This document shows, one piece after another, positions 1 to 11,509 of a stretch of DNA of 64,000 nucleotides. Positions within the stretch are counted from its first letter, which is position 1, and every line of letters begins with the position of its first letter. Under the pieces are notes generated by a model. That model did not search any database. It was not told the DNA's origin and saw nothing but the letters and a program-made list of their open reading frames with translations. The stretch spans positions 64,001 through 128,000 of the forward strand of contig CAWCYD010000003.1 of the NCBI GenBank assembly GCA_963799775.1, in the 5' to 3' direction. The translations under genes and the position numbers were made by a program. Origin of the DNA: an uncultured archaeon. GTDB taxonomy: Archaea > Thermoproteota > Nitrososphaeria > Nitrososphaerales > Gagatemarchaeaceae.

Positions 1-1180
<1,180 letters not shown>

Positions 1181-1184
<4 letters not shown>

Positions 1185-2407
1185 AAAGTCGACCCGCGGA
1201 GAGGTCCGTCCTTACGATAAACTGCGGTTCCTCGAGCATAAAGTTCGCTCTCTTCGACGTTGTCGCCGGCAGTCCATCACGCCGGATTATCGATGGCGAG
1301 ATCGCCAGGATAGGATTACGCGACACTACCTTGACCGTGAGAGACGTTGACCGGACGAAGAACCTCTCCCGACGAATCAGGGCGGCGGACCATGCTCAGG
1401 CGGCAGCGACTCTGACAGAACTGCTCGATAGGACGAGCCGAGACATGCCCCTAGGTGCCATCGGTCATCGTGTGGTGCAAGGGGGGCCGAAGTACCACGA
1501 GCCGCGGCTTATCACCAAGAAGGTGCTCTCCGACCTCCGAAGGCTCATCCCGTTGGATCCCGAGCATCTCCCCAGCGAGATACTGCTAATCGAGGTTCTT
1601 GGCAGGCGCCTCCCTGGCCTTCCCCAGGTAGCTTGTTTCGACACGGCCTTCCACCACGACCTGCCCCGCGTGGCCCGGATTCTGCCGATTCCTCGCCGTT
1701 TCGAGGCGCGAGGCGCGAGGAGGTACGGGTTCCATGGCATCTCCTATGCGTTTCTGATGGAGGAGCTGGCGCGGCTCGCAGACCCGTCGGCCGCTACCGG
1801 CAGGGTCATACTTTGCCATCTCGGGAACGGTGCAAGTCTTGCGGCTGTCCGCGCAGGCAAGTCCGTCGACACATCGATGTGCCTCACCCCGGCTGCGGGA
1901 CTGCCCATGAGCACGCGCTCGGGAGACATCGATCCCGGGCTCTTGTCCTATCTGGCGCGCACCGAGAAGATGAGCATCACAAAGTTCCAAGACATGGTCA
2001 ACTTCCGATCGGGTCTCATCGGGATCTCAGAGACGAGCTCTGACATGCGAGACCTTCTGGCCCTCGAGACGAAAGACACGCGGGCCGCCGAAGCTGTCGC
2101 ACTCTTCTGCTACCAGGTGAAGAAATGGATCGGGGCCTACGCAGCGGCGCTCGGTGGGCTGGACACCCTGGTGTTCGCCGGCGGCATAGGAGAGAACTCG
2201 GACGTCGTCCGTGCGAGGGTCTCTGAGGGTCTTGAGTTTCTGGGGATAGTTCTCGATCCAAAGCGCAACGAGGCCAACGAGGGCGTCATCTCCGGCGATT
2301 CGAGCCGTGTCACCGTGCGCGTCATCCACACGGACGAGGAGCTGATGATCGCGAGGACCGTTTATAGCATCCTCGGCATCGGCGGAGGAAACCGCCCGAG
2401 GGGATGA
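1181..2407 (+). CDS. ackA: Acetate/propionate kinase
   Basis: [50 protein letters not shown] and HTDEELMIA motifs. Confidence 0.95.
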
Positions 2408-4807
2408 TTCTGACGACAATGAAGACCAGCGCGCTTTCTCCCGATCTGCTGAAGCGGATCGACGCCTATTGGCGCGCGGCCAACTATCTCTCGGTCGGCC
2501 AGATCTACCTCTCAGACAACCCGCTGCTGAAGCAACCGCTCAAACTGGCGCACGTGAAACCGCTCGTGGTCGGACACTGGGGCACGGTGCCCGGGCAGAA
2601 TTTCATCTACGTGCACCTCAACCGCGTCATCAGAAACTTTGACCTCAACATGTTCTACATTTCGGGTCCGGGGCACGGCGGCCCCGCCGTGATGAGCAAC
2701 GTCTACCTCGAAGGCAGCTACAGCGAGGTCTATCCGAACATCAGCGAGGACGAAGCTGGGATGAAAGCGCTGTTCAAGCAGTTCTCATTCCCCGGCGGGG
2801 TCTCCAGCCATGTCGCCCCGACCACGCCCGGCTCGATACACGAAGGCGGCGAGCTAGGCTACTCTCTCAGCCATGCGTTCGGCGCGGTCTTCGACAACCC
2901 AGACCTGATCGTCGCGTGCGTCATCGGCGACGGGGAAGCGGAGACCGGCCCCCTCGCGACTGCATGGCACTCGAACAAGTTCCTAGATCCGGTCACCGAC
3001 GGGGTCGTGCTGCCTATACTGCACCTCAACGGTTACAAGATCTCCAATCCCACCGTCTTGGCCCGGATCAAGCAAGAGGAGTTGGAGGAGTTTCTCAGGG
3101 GCTGCGGGTGGGAGCCTCACTTCGTCGAAGGGGAAAGACCGGACAAGATGCACGAGCTCATGGCCGCCACCCTCGACGAGGTGATCCGAGACATCCTTCG
3201 AATCCAAAGGAACGCTCGAAGCAAGGATGACGCGTCCCGGCCACGGTGGCCCATGATCGTACTGAAGACGCCCAAGGGTTGGACTGGGCCGAAGGTCGTC
3301 GACGGCGTCCGAGTCGAAGGGACGTTCAGGTCGCATCAGGTGCCTCTCCTCGTCGGGGCAGAGCACCCCGACCATCTAAAACAGCTTGAAAGGTGGATGA
3401 AGAGCTACAGGCCGGAAGAGCTCTTCGATGAGCAGGGACGCCTCATGCCGGAGCTGGCTGAGCTCGCACCCGAGGGTGACAGGAGGATGGGGTCAAACCC
3501 CCACACGAACGGGGGGCTTCTGCTCCGGGCACCTCCGCATGCCAGACTTCCAGGACTACGCCGTGGATGTGCTCTCTCCCGGCTCCGTCACTGCCCAAGA
3601 CACTTCCGTGCTCGGCAGATTCCTGCGGGATGTGGTGAAGCTCAACCAAGACACGCGCAATTTCAGGATCTTCGGTCCCGACGAGACGCTCTCGAACCTG
3701 CTAGGGGCGGTCTTCGAGGCGACCAACCGTCAGTGGGACGCTAAGCTAGAGAGGGACGACGAGTTCCTCGCGCCCTCCGGGCGCGTCGTCGACTCGATGC
3801 TCAGCGAGCACCAGTGCGAGGGCTGGTTGGAGGGATATCTGCTCACAGGCAGACACGGCGTCTTCAACTGCTACGAGGCCTTCATTCACATCATCGACTC
3901 GATGTTCAACCAGCACGCCAAGTGGTTGAAAGTCACGTCGGAGCTCCCATGGCGCCGAAAGATCTCTTCGCTCAACTACCTGCTCAGTTCCCACGTCTGG
4001 CAGCAGGACCACAATGGCTTCACCCACCAGGACCCTGGCTTCCTCGACCACGTGATCAACAAGAAGGCTGACATCGTGCGCGTCTACCTTCCCCCGGACG
4101 CGAACTGCCTCCTCTCCATCTTCGATCATTGTCTTCGGAGCCGGAACTACGTGAACGTCGTCGTGGGTGGCAAGCACCCTCTCCCTCAATGGTTGAGCAT
4201 GGACGCGGCGATTGCCCATTGCACCGAGGGGATCGGCATCTGGCAGTGGGCGAGCAACGACCAGGGCACAGAGCCTGACGTCGTCCTAGCCTGTTGCGGA
4301 GACGTCCCCACGCTCGAGACACTTGCGGCAGCCTCGATCCTACGCGAACATCTCCCTCGCTTGAAGGTAAGGGTAGTCAACGTGGTCGACTTGATGAAGC
4401 TACAATCGCCCAGCGCGCATCCGCACGGCCTCAGCGACCCGGACTACGACTCTCTTTTCACGAAGAACAAGCACATCATCTTCGCCTTCCACGGCTATCC
4501 TTGGCTGATCCATCGCCTTACCTATCGTCGGACGAACCAAAGCCTGCACGTCCGCGGCTACAAAGAAGAAGGGACCATAACGACCCCGTTCGACATGAGG
4601 GTGCAAAACGACCTCGACCGTTTCCATCTCGTCCAAGACGTGATAGACCGAGTGCCCGACCTGGGTTCCCAAGGCGCCTACCTCAAACAGCAGATGCAGG
4701 ACAAGGTCATCGAGCACAAGCGGTACATCAGCAGTCACGGTCAGGACATGCCGGAGATCCGGAACTGGAAGTGGGATCCCCTGCAGTTGAAGCCTCCGTC
4801 AACTTGA
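2404..4807 (+). CDS. xfp: Xylulose-5-P/fructose-6-P phosphoketolase (one frameshift near 3530)
   Basis: [60 protein letters not shown] and [12 protein letters not shown], split over ORFs 2404-3744 and 3428-4807. Confidence 0.95.
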
Positions 4808-4952
4808 AGATTCGATGCCCTACGCGCTGACCTGAGGGAGAGATGCCTGCCAGAGGTCAGCTTCGATATGGAGACCCGCTCTGGCTCGCCTCGAAAGACG
4901 GAGAGGTCGTATCAGTCGGTCTCGAAAGTCGAGCCATTTCCACAAAAGGCCG

Positions 4953-4968
4953 GATAATACATATATAA
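4953..4968 (+). promoter_or_regulatory. Archaeal TATA-box promoter upstream of R15P isomerase
   Basis: ataatacatatataag about 27 bp upstream of the GTG at 4995 in otherwise GC-rich DNA. Confidence 0.6.
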
Positions 4969-4994
4969 GCTCCCAAGAAGGCGAAACGGTTCAC

Positions 4995-6002
4995 GTGGAA
5001 ACCCTCAAGGACGGAAAGGAACCAACGAAGGAAGAATTTCCGCGGGTCTCCGTGGAAGAAGCCTACGACAACCTCAAGGCGATGCACGTTCACGGGGCGG
5101 GTCGCATCGCTAGGTATGCCGCACAGGCACTGAGAGACTACGCAGGCGAAGCCAAAGCAAAGACCTCGAGAGAGTATTGGGGCCTCGTCCTCAAGGCCGG
5201 CGAGAAGCTCAGGTCCGCGAGGCCTACGGCCGTCTCGCTCCCCAACGGAGTGAACTACGTGCTCTACGGCGGAAGGACCGCCTTCGAGTCCGGCGGGTCT
5301 GTCGAGGACGTCCGGACCGCGACTGTCAACACCGCCAACGACTTCCTGACCTCCAGCTTAGACGCCGTGAAGGTGATCGGAGAGATCGGCGCTAGGCGCG
5401 TGAAGAACGGCGACGTGATAATCACACACTGCAACAGCGAAGCGGCGATGAGCGTCCTGAAGAAGGCCTACGACATGGGCAAGGGGATCAAGGTCTACTG
5501 CGACGAGACCCGACCCAAGTTCCAGGGCCACAAGACTGCGGCCGCGCTCGCGAACTATGGCATCGACACCACCCTGATCTGCGACTCTGCGTGCAGGGTC
5601 TACATGTCGCACGCCGACAGAACGGTGGTGGGCTGCGACGCAATCGCAGTCAACGGGGCGTTGGTGAACAAGATAGGGACCTCCCAGGTGGCCACGATGG
5701 CCCACGAGGCGAGGGTGAACTTCATGGTGGCAGCAGAAACCTACAAGCTTGACTTCAAGACTTTGACCGGCGGATTAGTGGACATCGAGGAGCGCGACCA
5801 CACCGAGATCGCCTCGAAGGAGTGGATGAACCACAACCCCAAGGTAAAGTTCAGCAATCCCGTATTCGATGTCACTCCCCCAGAGTACATCGACTTCTAC
5901 GTCACCGAGAAGGGAATCGTCCCTCCGGGCGGCGTCTTCTCGCTGATGAAGGAGCTATACCAGTACACAGAAGGTGCCCAGGCCAAGCCGAGCACCGGTT
6001 GA
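4995..6002 (+). CDS. Ribose-1,5-bisphosphate isomerase (eIF-2B/MtnA family)
   Basis: HGAGRIAR, RPTAVSL, THCNS (catalytic Cys), ETRPKFQG, VGCDAI (catalytic Asp), NKIGT and NPVFDVTP motifs, next to RuBisCO. Confidence 0.88.
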   Translation: METLKDGKEPTKEEFPRVSVEEAYDNLKAMHVHGAGRIARYAAQALRDYAGEAKAKTSREYWGLVLKAGEKLRSARPTAVSLPNGVNYVLYGGRTAFESGGSVEDVRTATVNTANDFLTSSLDAVKVIGEIGARRVKNGDVIITHCNSEAAMSVLKKAYDMGKGIKVYCDETRPKFQGHKTAAALANYGIDTTLICDSACRVYMSHADRTVVGCDAIAVNGALVNKIGTSQVATMAHEARVNFMVAAETYKLDFKTLTGGLVDIEERDHTEIASKEWMNHNPKVKFSNPVFDVTPPEYIDFYVTEKGIVPPGGVFSLMKELYQYTEGAQAKPSTG

Positions 6003-6018
6003 TTGGAGAACGCGTAAC

Positions 6019-6912
6019 ATGATAATATTCGGCGGATCCGCAGGCGAGACCCTAGCAGTGAGGGTGTCGCTCCTCACAGGAGCGAAGCTCGGAAAGGTCA
6101 AGAGGCAGAGGTTCCCAGACGGGGAGCAATACCTCAAGATCGAAGAGGACATCAAGGGCCAGGACGTCGTCCTCATCCACCCTCTCGGCGGCAGGCCCGA
6201 CGAGCTGATCATGGAGTACCTCCTCACGATCGACGCGCTGAAGAGCGCCAGCCCAAAGACGATAACCGTAGTTATCCCATACTTCGCCTATGCAAGGCAG
6301 GACGCCAGGTTCCACCCGGGTGAGCCGCTGAGCTTCCACCTGGTGGCGAAGCTCCTCGAGGGGGCGGGGATCAACAGGCTGTTCACGATAGACGTCCATC
6401 TCCAGAGGGCCCCGTCCCTGAAGGAGGTCTTCAAGATCCCGGCCGTGAACCTGACGGCGGTCCCATACATCGCGGAATACATCAACAGGATATACCAGCC
6501 GAAGAACCCAATCATCATCGGTCCTGACGACGAGTCAGAGCAATGGGCCAAGGTCGCCGCAGCGAAGATCAAGACCGACTACGCCATCCTCTCGAAGACG
6601 AGGTTCTCGTCCACCGAGGTCAAGGTCAAGGTGAGGGCGGGCCAGGGCGTCAACGTAAAGGGAAGGGACGCAATCATCATCGACGACATCATCAGCACAG
6701 GGAACACCATAGTCGAGGCCGCGAACCTCGTCAGAAAGGAAGGAGCAAGGAAGATCTACGTCGGTTGCACTCACCCCGTACTGAGCCTCAACGCGCTCCC
6801 GTTGCTGTATAGCAACCACATCGAGGGAGTGGTGGGGACCGACACCTTCGCAGGGCCGGTAAGCTTCGTGAGCGTCGCCCCGGTGATTGCGGAAGCTCTC
6901 AAGAAGAAGTAG
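6019..6912 (+). CDS. prs: Ribose-phosphate pyrophosphokinase (PRPP synthase)
   Basis: RFPDGEQY, PYFAYARQD, IDVH, IIGPD, IIDDIISTGNT and CTHPVL motifs; ATG at 6019. Confidence 0.93.
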   Translation: MIIFGGSAGETLAVRVSLLTGAKLGKVKRQRFPDGEQYLKIEEDIKGQDVVLIHPLGGRPDELIMEYLLTIDALKSASPKTITVVIPYFAYARQDARFHPGEPLSFHLVAKLLEGAGINRLFTIDVHLQRAPSLKEVFKIPAVNLTAVPYIAEYINRIYQPKNPIIIGPDDESEQWAKVAAAKIKTDYAILSKTRFSSTEVKVKVRAGQGVNVKGRDAIIIDDIISTGNTIVEAANLVRKEGARKIYVGCTHPVLSLNALPLLYSNHIEGVVGTDTFAGPVSFVSVAPVIAEALKKK

Positions 6913-7041
6913 CTTCCAGATTTCGCCGACATTCATCGGGCCGACAAGAGCCTAGACTCAGTTCTCTCCCCCTTGCGACTTGCGTCAAGCACAACTGTGT
7001 CTAGGGCATTTGTCTCGAGACAGAAAACCCTCTACATCTTT

Positions 7042-7078
7042 GGGAAAAACAGAAAGGCGAAGGCCCGGCGCGGGGCCT
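7042..7078 (-). terminator. Putative terminator of the rbcL-small ORF transcript
   Basis: Hairpin aggccc-ggcgcg-gggcct (7061-7078) followed on the minus strand by the T-rich tract cctttctgtttttccc. Confidence 0.45.
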
Positions 7079-7100
7079 GCCCAAGTCGGGGAGGAATGAC

Positions 7101-7271
7101 TCAGAAGTTCTTAGCCGGTGCGCCCGAGTCCTTCAGGTAGTGGAGCTGGTAGGGCTTGCCCGACATCCCCGCTATGCAGCACGTGCATCCGTAGTCTGCG
7201 CACTGAAGCGAGTTGTCGTGAGAGCAAGACCCGCAGGAACAGAAGATGTCGCCCTGAGTATGGTTCTTCAT
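7101..7271 (-). CDS. 56-aa Cys/His-rich small protein directly downstream of RuBisCO (absent from the ORF track)
   Basis: Hand translation MKNHTQGDIFCSCGSCSHDNSLQCADYGCTCCIAGMSGKPYQLHYLKDSGAPAKNF*; AAAGGAG Shine-Dalgarno between the rbcL stop and the ATG; host-like GC3 codon use. Confidence 0.75.
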   Translation of the reverse strand: MKNHTQGDIFCSCGSCSHDNSLQCADYGCTCCIAGMSGKPYQLHYLKDSGAPAKNF

Positions 7272-7286
7272 GTTCTAGGCTCCTTT

Positions 7287-8714
7287 CTACTCCGAGCGGA
7301 ACATGTGCCGGTAGTCGCTCTCCTTCTTCCCTAGCTCCGGTACTGCGGTCATCGCGGAAGCCACCGCGTACTTTTGCCCGAAGAACTGGATTGCAGCCTC
7401 GAGCTCCGGGTGGGTCTTTGCGTACTCGTCGACGGGGATCTTCTTCATGTAGGCGTCGACTGCCTGCCTCGCAGCGGTCGCGCCGGCCTTGGTCCCCCAT
7501 GGGTGTCCGTGGACGCTCCCGCCGTTCTGCAGCACGATATCGAGCCCCATCAGGTCGATGGAGTAGTGGTAGTTCTGCGGAGTCAAGCCCCCCGAGGAGA
7601 CCCCCCATATCGGCTTGATGTGGCCCAGAGGACCTTGTATCGCGTCCATTACCTCTGGTATCTCGACGAACTTTATCGCGTCTCCTAGCTTACCCCTGGC
7701 CGTGCCGACGTGGATCGCGTCTCCCCCCGCGATCCTGCCTAGCGCAGCGATGACCTTGAAACTGATTCCGTGCCTAGGGTGTCGTGTGAGTGCGGCGTGC
7801 GAAGCCCTGTGCAGGTGGATGGGGACGTTTATGCTGGGGTCCTCCGCGAGCGCCCTCAGAGAGGGGTACCAACTGCACATGATGTTCAGCATGAGGCCCT
7901 TGGCGCCGTGCGCGATCATCTTGTCCGCAACCTCGAGCGTCCTCTCGGAGTCGGTAGTCACCTCGGGTGCGTACATGTAGTCGCCCTCCGGGTGGGCGCC
8001 CTCGGACTTGGCCTTGTCGAGCGCCTCGTTGACCTTGGCGACGCGGTCGAGTAGAGGAGAGCACCACTGGTTGTGGTATGTCTCGTCGTCCTTGAACGTG
8101 TCGACCCCTCCCATTGCTGCATCGTAGAACTGCTGGGCTGCTCCCACGTCGGTCACGCCCATCTTCGGCTTGATCGTTATTCCCACGTGCGGTCGCCTGC
8201 TCTTCTTCGTCCCGACGATCTCCCTCAACCCTTCTACGCCGAACTTCGAACCCTTGAAGAGCTTGAGGACGTCCTTGGGAAGTTGGAAATCGATCCATTT
8301 GCAGTTCGGAATCGGCGTGAAGCCCATCCAGTTCCCTGTCACGAAGGTGAACAGGTCGGGAATTCCCCTGTTGTCCATGTCTAGCAGGTATGTGGGAAAG
8401 GCCACCTTGACCCATCCCGAGTGCTTCAGCGAGCCTGAGGGATCCTCGTACTTCCAAGAATAGAGCTTGGCCGCTGTCTTCGTGGAAAGGTCTGTTGCGG
8501 TGGACACATCCGTGAAAGTCCCCACAGACTGTTCGGCGGCGATGATAACGCCCGCTTGGTCGATGGTGACGCGCGGATCGCACGTTATGAAGAACGTGGC
8601 AAGGACGTTCTTGTCGACGTCGACCTTCTCTGGAGTGGTAGAGAACAGGTCTCCTCTGTCGTGTTCTACGCTTGGGGCGCTCCATGTCCTTTCAATCATC
8701 GCTTCTTGTGTCAT
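7287..8714 (-). CDS. rbcL: RuBisCO large subunit, form III-like
   Basis: AAEQSVGT (E60/T65), GN (N123), TIKPK (K175/K177), GVDTFKDDE (K201/D203/E204), HRA (H294/R295), HVGTARGKL (H327/K334), SSGG (S379) and QNGGSVHGHP; full catalytic set argues against a form IV RLP. Confidence 0.93.
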   Translation of the reverse strand: MTQEAMIERTWSAPSVEHDRGDLFSTTPEKVDVDKNVLATFFITCDPRVTIDQAGVIIAAEQSVGTFTDVSTATDLSTKTAAKLYSWKYEDPSGSLKHSGWVKVAFPTYLLDMDNRGIPDLFTFVTGNWMGFTPIPNCKWIDFQLPKDVLKLFKGSKFGVEGLREIVGTKKSRRPHVGITIKPKMGVTDVGAAQQFYDAAMGGVDTFKDDETYHNQWCSPLLDRVAKVNEALDKAKSEGAHPEGDYMYAPEVTTDSERTLEVADKMIAHGAKGLMLNIMCSWYPSLRALAEDPSINVPIHLHRASHAALTRHPRHGISFKVIAALGRIAGGDAIHVGTARGKLGDAIKFVEIPEVMDAIQGPLGHIKPIWGVSSGGLTPQNYHYSIDLMGLDIVLQNGGSVHGHPWGTKAGATAARQAVDAYMKKIPVDEYAKTHPELEAAIQFFGQKYAVASAMTAVPELGKKESDYRHMFRSE

Positions 8715-8903
8715 GTAAACCTGAAATTTCAGCCTCCGCAGGTTATTTATGTCTTAGTCGTTATCTGGCGATTCGAGATCCCTGCGTAACGACAACAGTC
8801 GAAGAGATTCTCATGAGATGTCCTTCACAAAATCTCAAACGGGCGCTCGCGTCCTCGTTAAGCTTAAAACGGGGACGCGCTTTGGCGGCTTCGGATTCAG
8901 GAG

Positions 8904-9938
8904 TTGGCTAGTCTCTCCATCGAAAGCCTGACCGTACTCCTAAACAAGTTTCAGGGCAAGCGCATGCTTGTCGTCGGCGATTTTCTCGTTAGCAGGTTCG
9001 TCGAAGTCTCAGCAAGGAAGCTCGCACGCGAAGCCCCCGTCCCGGCTGGCGACTACGTCGGCGAGACGCTGCTCCCAGGGGGCGCAGCTAACCTCGCGAA
9101 CGAGGTCGCATCGCTCGGAGGCCAGGTCTCCGTCATAGGCTCCATCGGGGAAGACAACTACGGAATCTGGCTGAAGGAGGGCCTGACAAGGAACGGCGTC
9201 GCGACGGAAGGCATAGTCGCGGACAAGCTGAGGCCGACGTCTTTGCGGACCTGGATCATGGTAAACAGACTACACTACCTTCGCATCGACCAGGAAGTCA
9301 GGAAGGAGGTATCGATAGCGGTCACAAAGTCTCTCGCTGCAGCGGCGGAGGTCATGATTCCAAACGTCGACGCGGTGGTGTTCTCCGACTATGACAGAGG
9401 GGTCGTCACTTCTTCTCTCATCAGCTCGGTCGTCGCTTCTGCGCGAAAGGCAGGCAAGATCGTGGTCGCACAGCCAAAGGACAGGCACTACATGGACTAC
9501 TCTGGCGTGACCTACGTGAAGTCCAACCTTGGGGAGGCGACCCACGCCACCGGCATGGCGATGGTCAATGAGACGAGTTTGAGGAACATGGGTGTAAACC
9601 TTATGGGCAGGTTGGACTGCAAGGGCCTAGTGATCACCCGTGGTGAGGAGGGCATGACGGTTTTCGATAGAGAGCAGATAACGAGCTTCCCACTTCCGTT
9701 CGGGAGGAAGAGCTTCTTCAACAAGGTCGGGGTCCGCGATGCCATGACGGGCGTGTTCGCCCTCGCCGTCGCGGCGGGCGGCTCGATATCGGAGGCGGCA
9801 TGCCTGAGCAACATAGCGGGGACGGTGAGGAGTGAGAAGCCCAGGACCTCGACTCTGACTGCTGAAGACCTCCACAAGAAGCTCGAATCGATGGGAGACT
9901 TCCTCAGCCGCGTCTCCCAGATGCCGGTGAGGCGTTAG
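8904..9938 (+). CDS. PfkB-family sugar-phosphate kinase resembling HldE/RfaE domain I, divergent
   Basis: VVGD..., REAPVP, PGGAANLA, VFSDYDRG and ITRGEEGM motifs; C-terminal anion-hole motif reads VGVRD rather than TGAGD. Confidence 0.85.
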   Translation: MASLSIESLTVLLNKFQGKRMLVVGDFLVSRFVEVSARKLAREAPVPAGDYVGETLLPGGAANLANEVASLGGQVSVIGSIGEDNYGIWLKEGLTRNGVATEGIVADKLRPTSLRTWIMVNRLHYLRIDQEVRKEVSIAVTKSLAAAAEVMIPNVDAVVFSDYDRGVVTSSLISSVVASARKAGKIVVAQPKDRHYMDYSGVTYVKSNLGEATHATGMAMVNETSLRNMGVNLMGRLDCKGLVITRGEEGMTVFDREQITSFPLPFGRKSFFNKVGVRDAMTGVFALAVAAGGSISEAACLSNIAGTVRSEKPRTSTLTAEDLHKKLESMGDFLSRVSQMPVRR

Positions 9939-9943
9939 AGATC

Positions 9944-10773
9944 ATGGGAATGGCCCCCACCTCCCAGGAGATTACGAGGCTCCAGGACATGGCAAGGAAC
10001 ACCAGGAAGCTCATCCTCGAGACGCTCGCAGAAGCCGGCTCGGGGCACCCAGGAGGGTCGCTCTCGGCAGTGGAACTCCTGGTCACGCTCTACTTCTACA
10101 AGCTCCGTCACGACCCAAAGAACCCAAAGTGGCCGGAAAGGGACAGGTTCATCCTAAGCAAGGGACACGGGGCGCCTCTCCTCTATTCGATCCTCGCTCA
10201 AGCTGGATATTTCCCGCTCGCTGAGCTCAAGTCCTTGAGGAAGCTCGGGGCCTTGCTCCAGGGTCACCCTGACATGGACATCCCTGGAGTCGAGATGCCC
10301 GCCGGCTCCGAGGGCATCGGTCTCTCCGTCGGCGTGGGACAGGCCCTCGCGGCAAGGCTAGACAACAGACCCACGAGGACCAGTACGTCCTGATGGGCGA
10401 CGGAGAGCAGGGTGAGGGCGAGGTGTGGGAGGCGGCGATGTCAGCTTCCAAGTTCAAGCTTGACAACCTCGTCGGGATGATCGACAGGAACGGCATCCAG
10501 CAGGACGGTCTCACCGAGCAGATCATGCCCCTCGAGCCTCTGGCCGCAAAGTGGAGGGCTTTCAACTGGAACGTCATCGAGGTCGACGGCTACGACTACC
10601 TCCAGCTGATAGAGGCCTTCGACACGGCCGAGATGGTCAAGAACAGGCCCACGATGATCATCGCCCACACGGTCAAGGGCAAGGGAATCTCCTTCATGGA
10701 GTGGTCCCCGACCTATCACGGGACCGCGCCGACGAAGGAGAGGATGGAAGACATCTACAAGGAGCTAAAGTAA
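9944..10773 (+). CDS. tktA: Transketolase N-terminal subunit (frameshift near 10383)
   Basis: SGHPGGSLS, RDRFILSKGH, LQGHP, GDGEQGEG and AHTVKGKG across two ORFs. Confidence 0.92.
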
Positions 10774-10779
10774 GTAGGG

Positions 10780-11508
10780 ATGATGTTGGAGACGACGATC
10801 CCTCCGAGAGAGATAAAGCGCGTCATCAAGATCGCTCCATCGATCCTGGGCGGCGACCAGTCCAACTTCGCAGCAGCATTGGATATCGCGGTCAAGGGCG
10901 GGGCTGACCAGATCCACCTCGACGTCATCGACGGACACTTCGCGCCGAACATAACCTTCGGGCCTGGGACCGTGAAGGCCCTGAGGAAGAAGACCGATTT
11001 GAAGTTCGACACGCACTTGATGATCGACCAGCCTGAGAACTTCGTCGACAAGTTCCTGGACGCGGGCTCTGACCTGTTCTGCTTCCACGCGGAGGCACTG
11101 ACCGGGGAGCGATTCGACGCGATATACTCCAAAGTCCATGCAAAGGGCAAGGTGATGGGCCTGGCGCTCAAGCCCTCGACCGAGATGCCAAAGTGGGTCG
11201 AGCAGAGGCTGGACAAGCTCGACACGCTGTGCGTGATGACGGTGAACCCAGGTTTCAGCGGCCAATCGATGATGATGGACGTGATGCCTAAGCTAGAGAA
11301 GATAACGCAGATGCTGAACGACAAGGGGCTCCCCATCGACATCGAGATAGACGGCGGGGTGGAGCTGGAGACCCTGGAGAACGTCGTGCGACGCGGAGGA
11401 AACGTCCTCGTCGCAGGCGCAGGAGTCTATTACAAGCCAGACCCGATCAAGGCCGTGGGGATACTGCGAGAAAAGGCGAAGCAGGCGTTAACGGTGGGGG
11501 CCAATTAA
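10780..11508 (+). CDS. rpe: Ribulose-phosphate 3-epimerase
   Basis: IAPSIL, HLDVIDGHFAPNITFG, DTHLMI, MTVNPGFSGQ and EIDGG motifs. Confidence 0.95.
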   Translation: MMLETTIPPREIKRVIKIAPSILGGDQSNFAAALDIAVKGGADQIHLDVIDGHFAPNITFGPGTVKALRKKTDLKFDTHLMIDQPENFVDKFLDAGSDLFCFHAEALTGERFDAIYSKVHAKGKVMGLALKPSTEMPKWVEQRLDKLDTLCVMTVNPGFSGQSMMMDVMPKLEKITQMLNDKGLPIDIEIDGGVELETLENVVRRGGNVLVAGAGVYYKPDPIKAVGILREKAKQALTVGAN

Positions 11509-11509
11509 G

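Noticed and set aside
7287-8714. Form IV RuBisCO-like protein for methionine salvage, paired with an MtnA-like gene
   Set aside because: All carboxylation residues including K334, H327 and S379 are present, and the neighbour has R15P isomerase-type motifs (THCNS, RPTAVSL).
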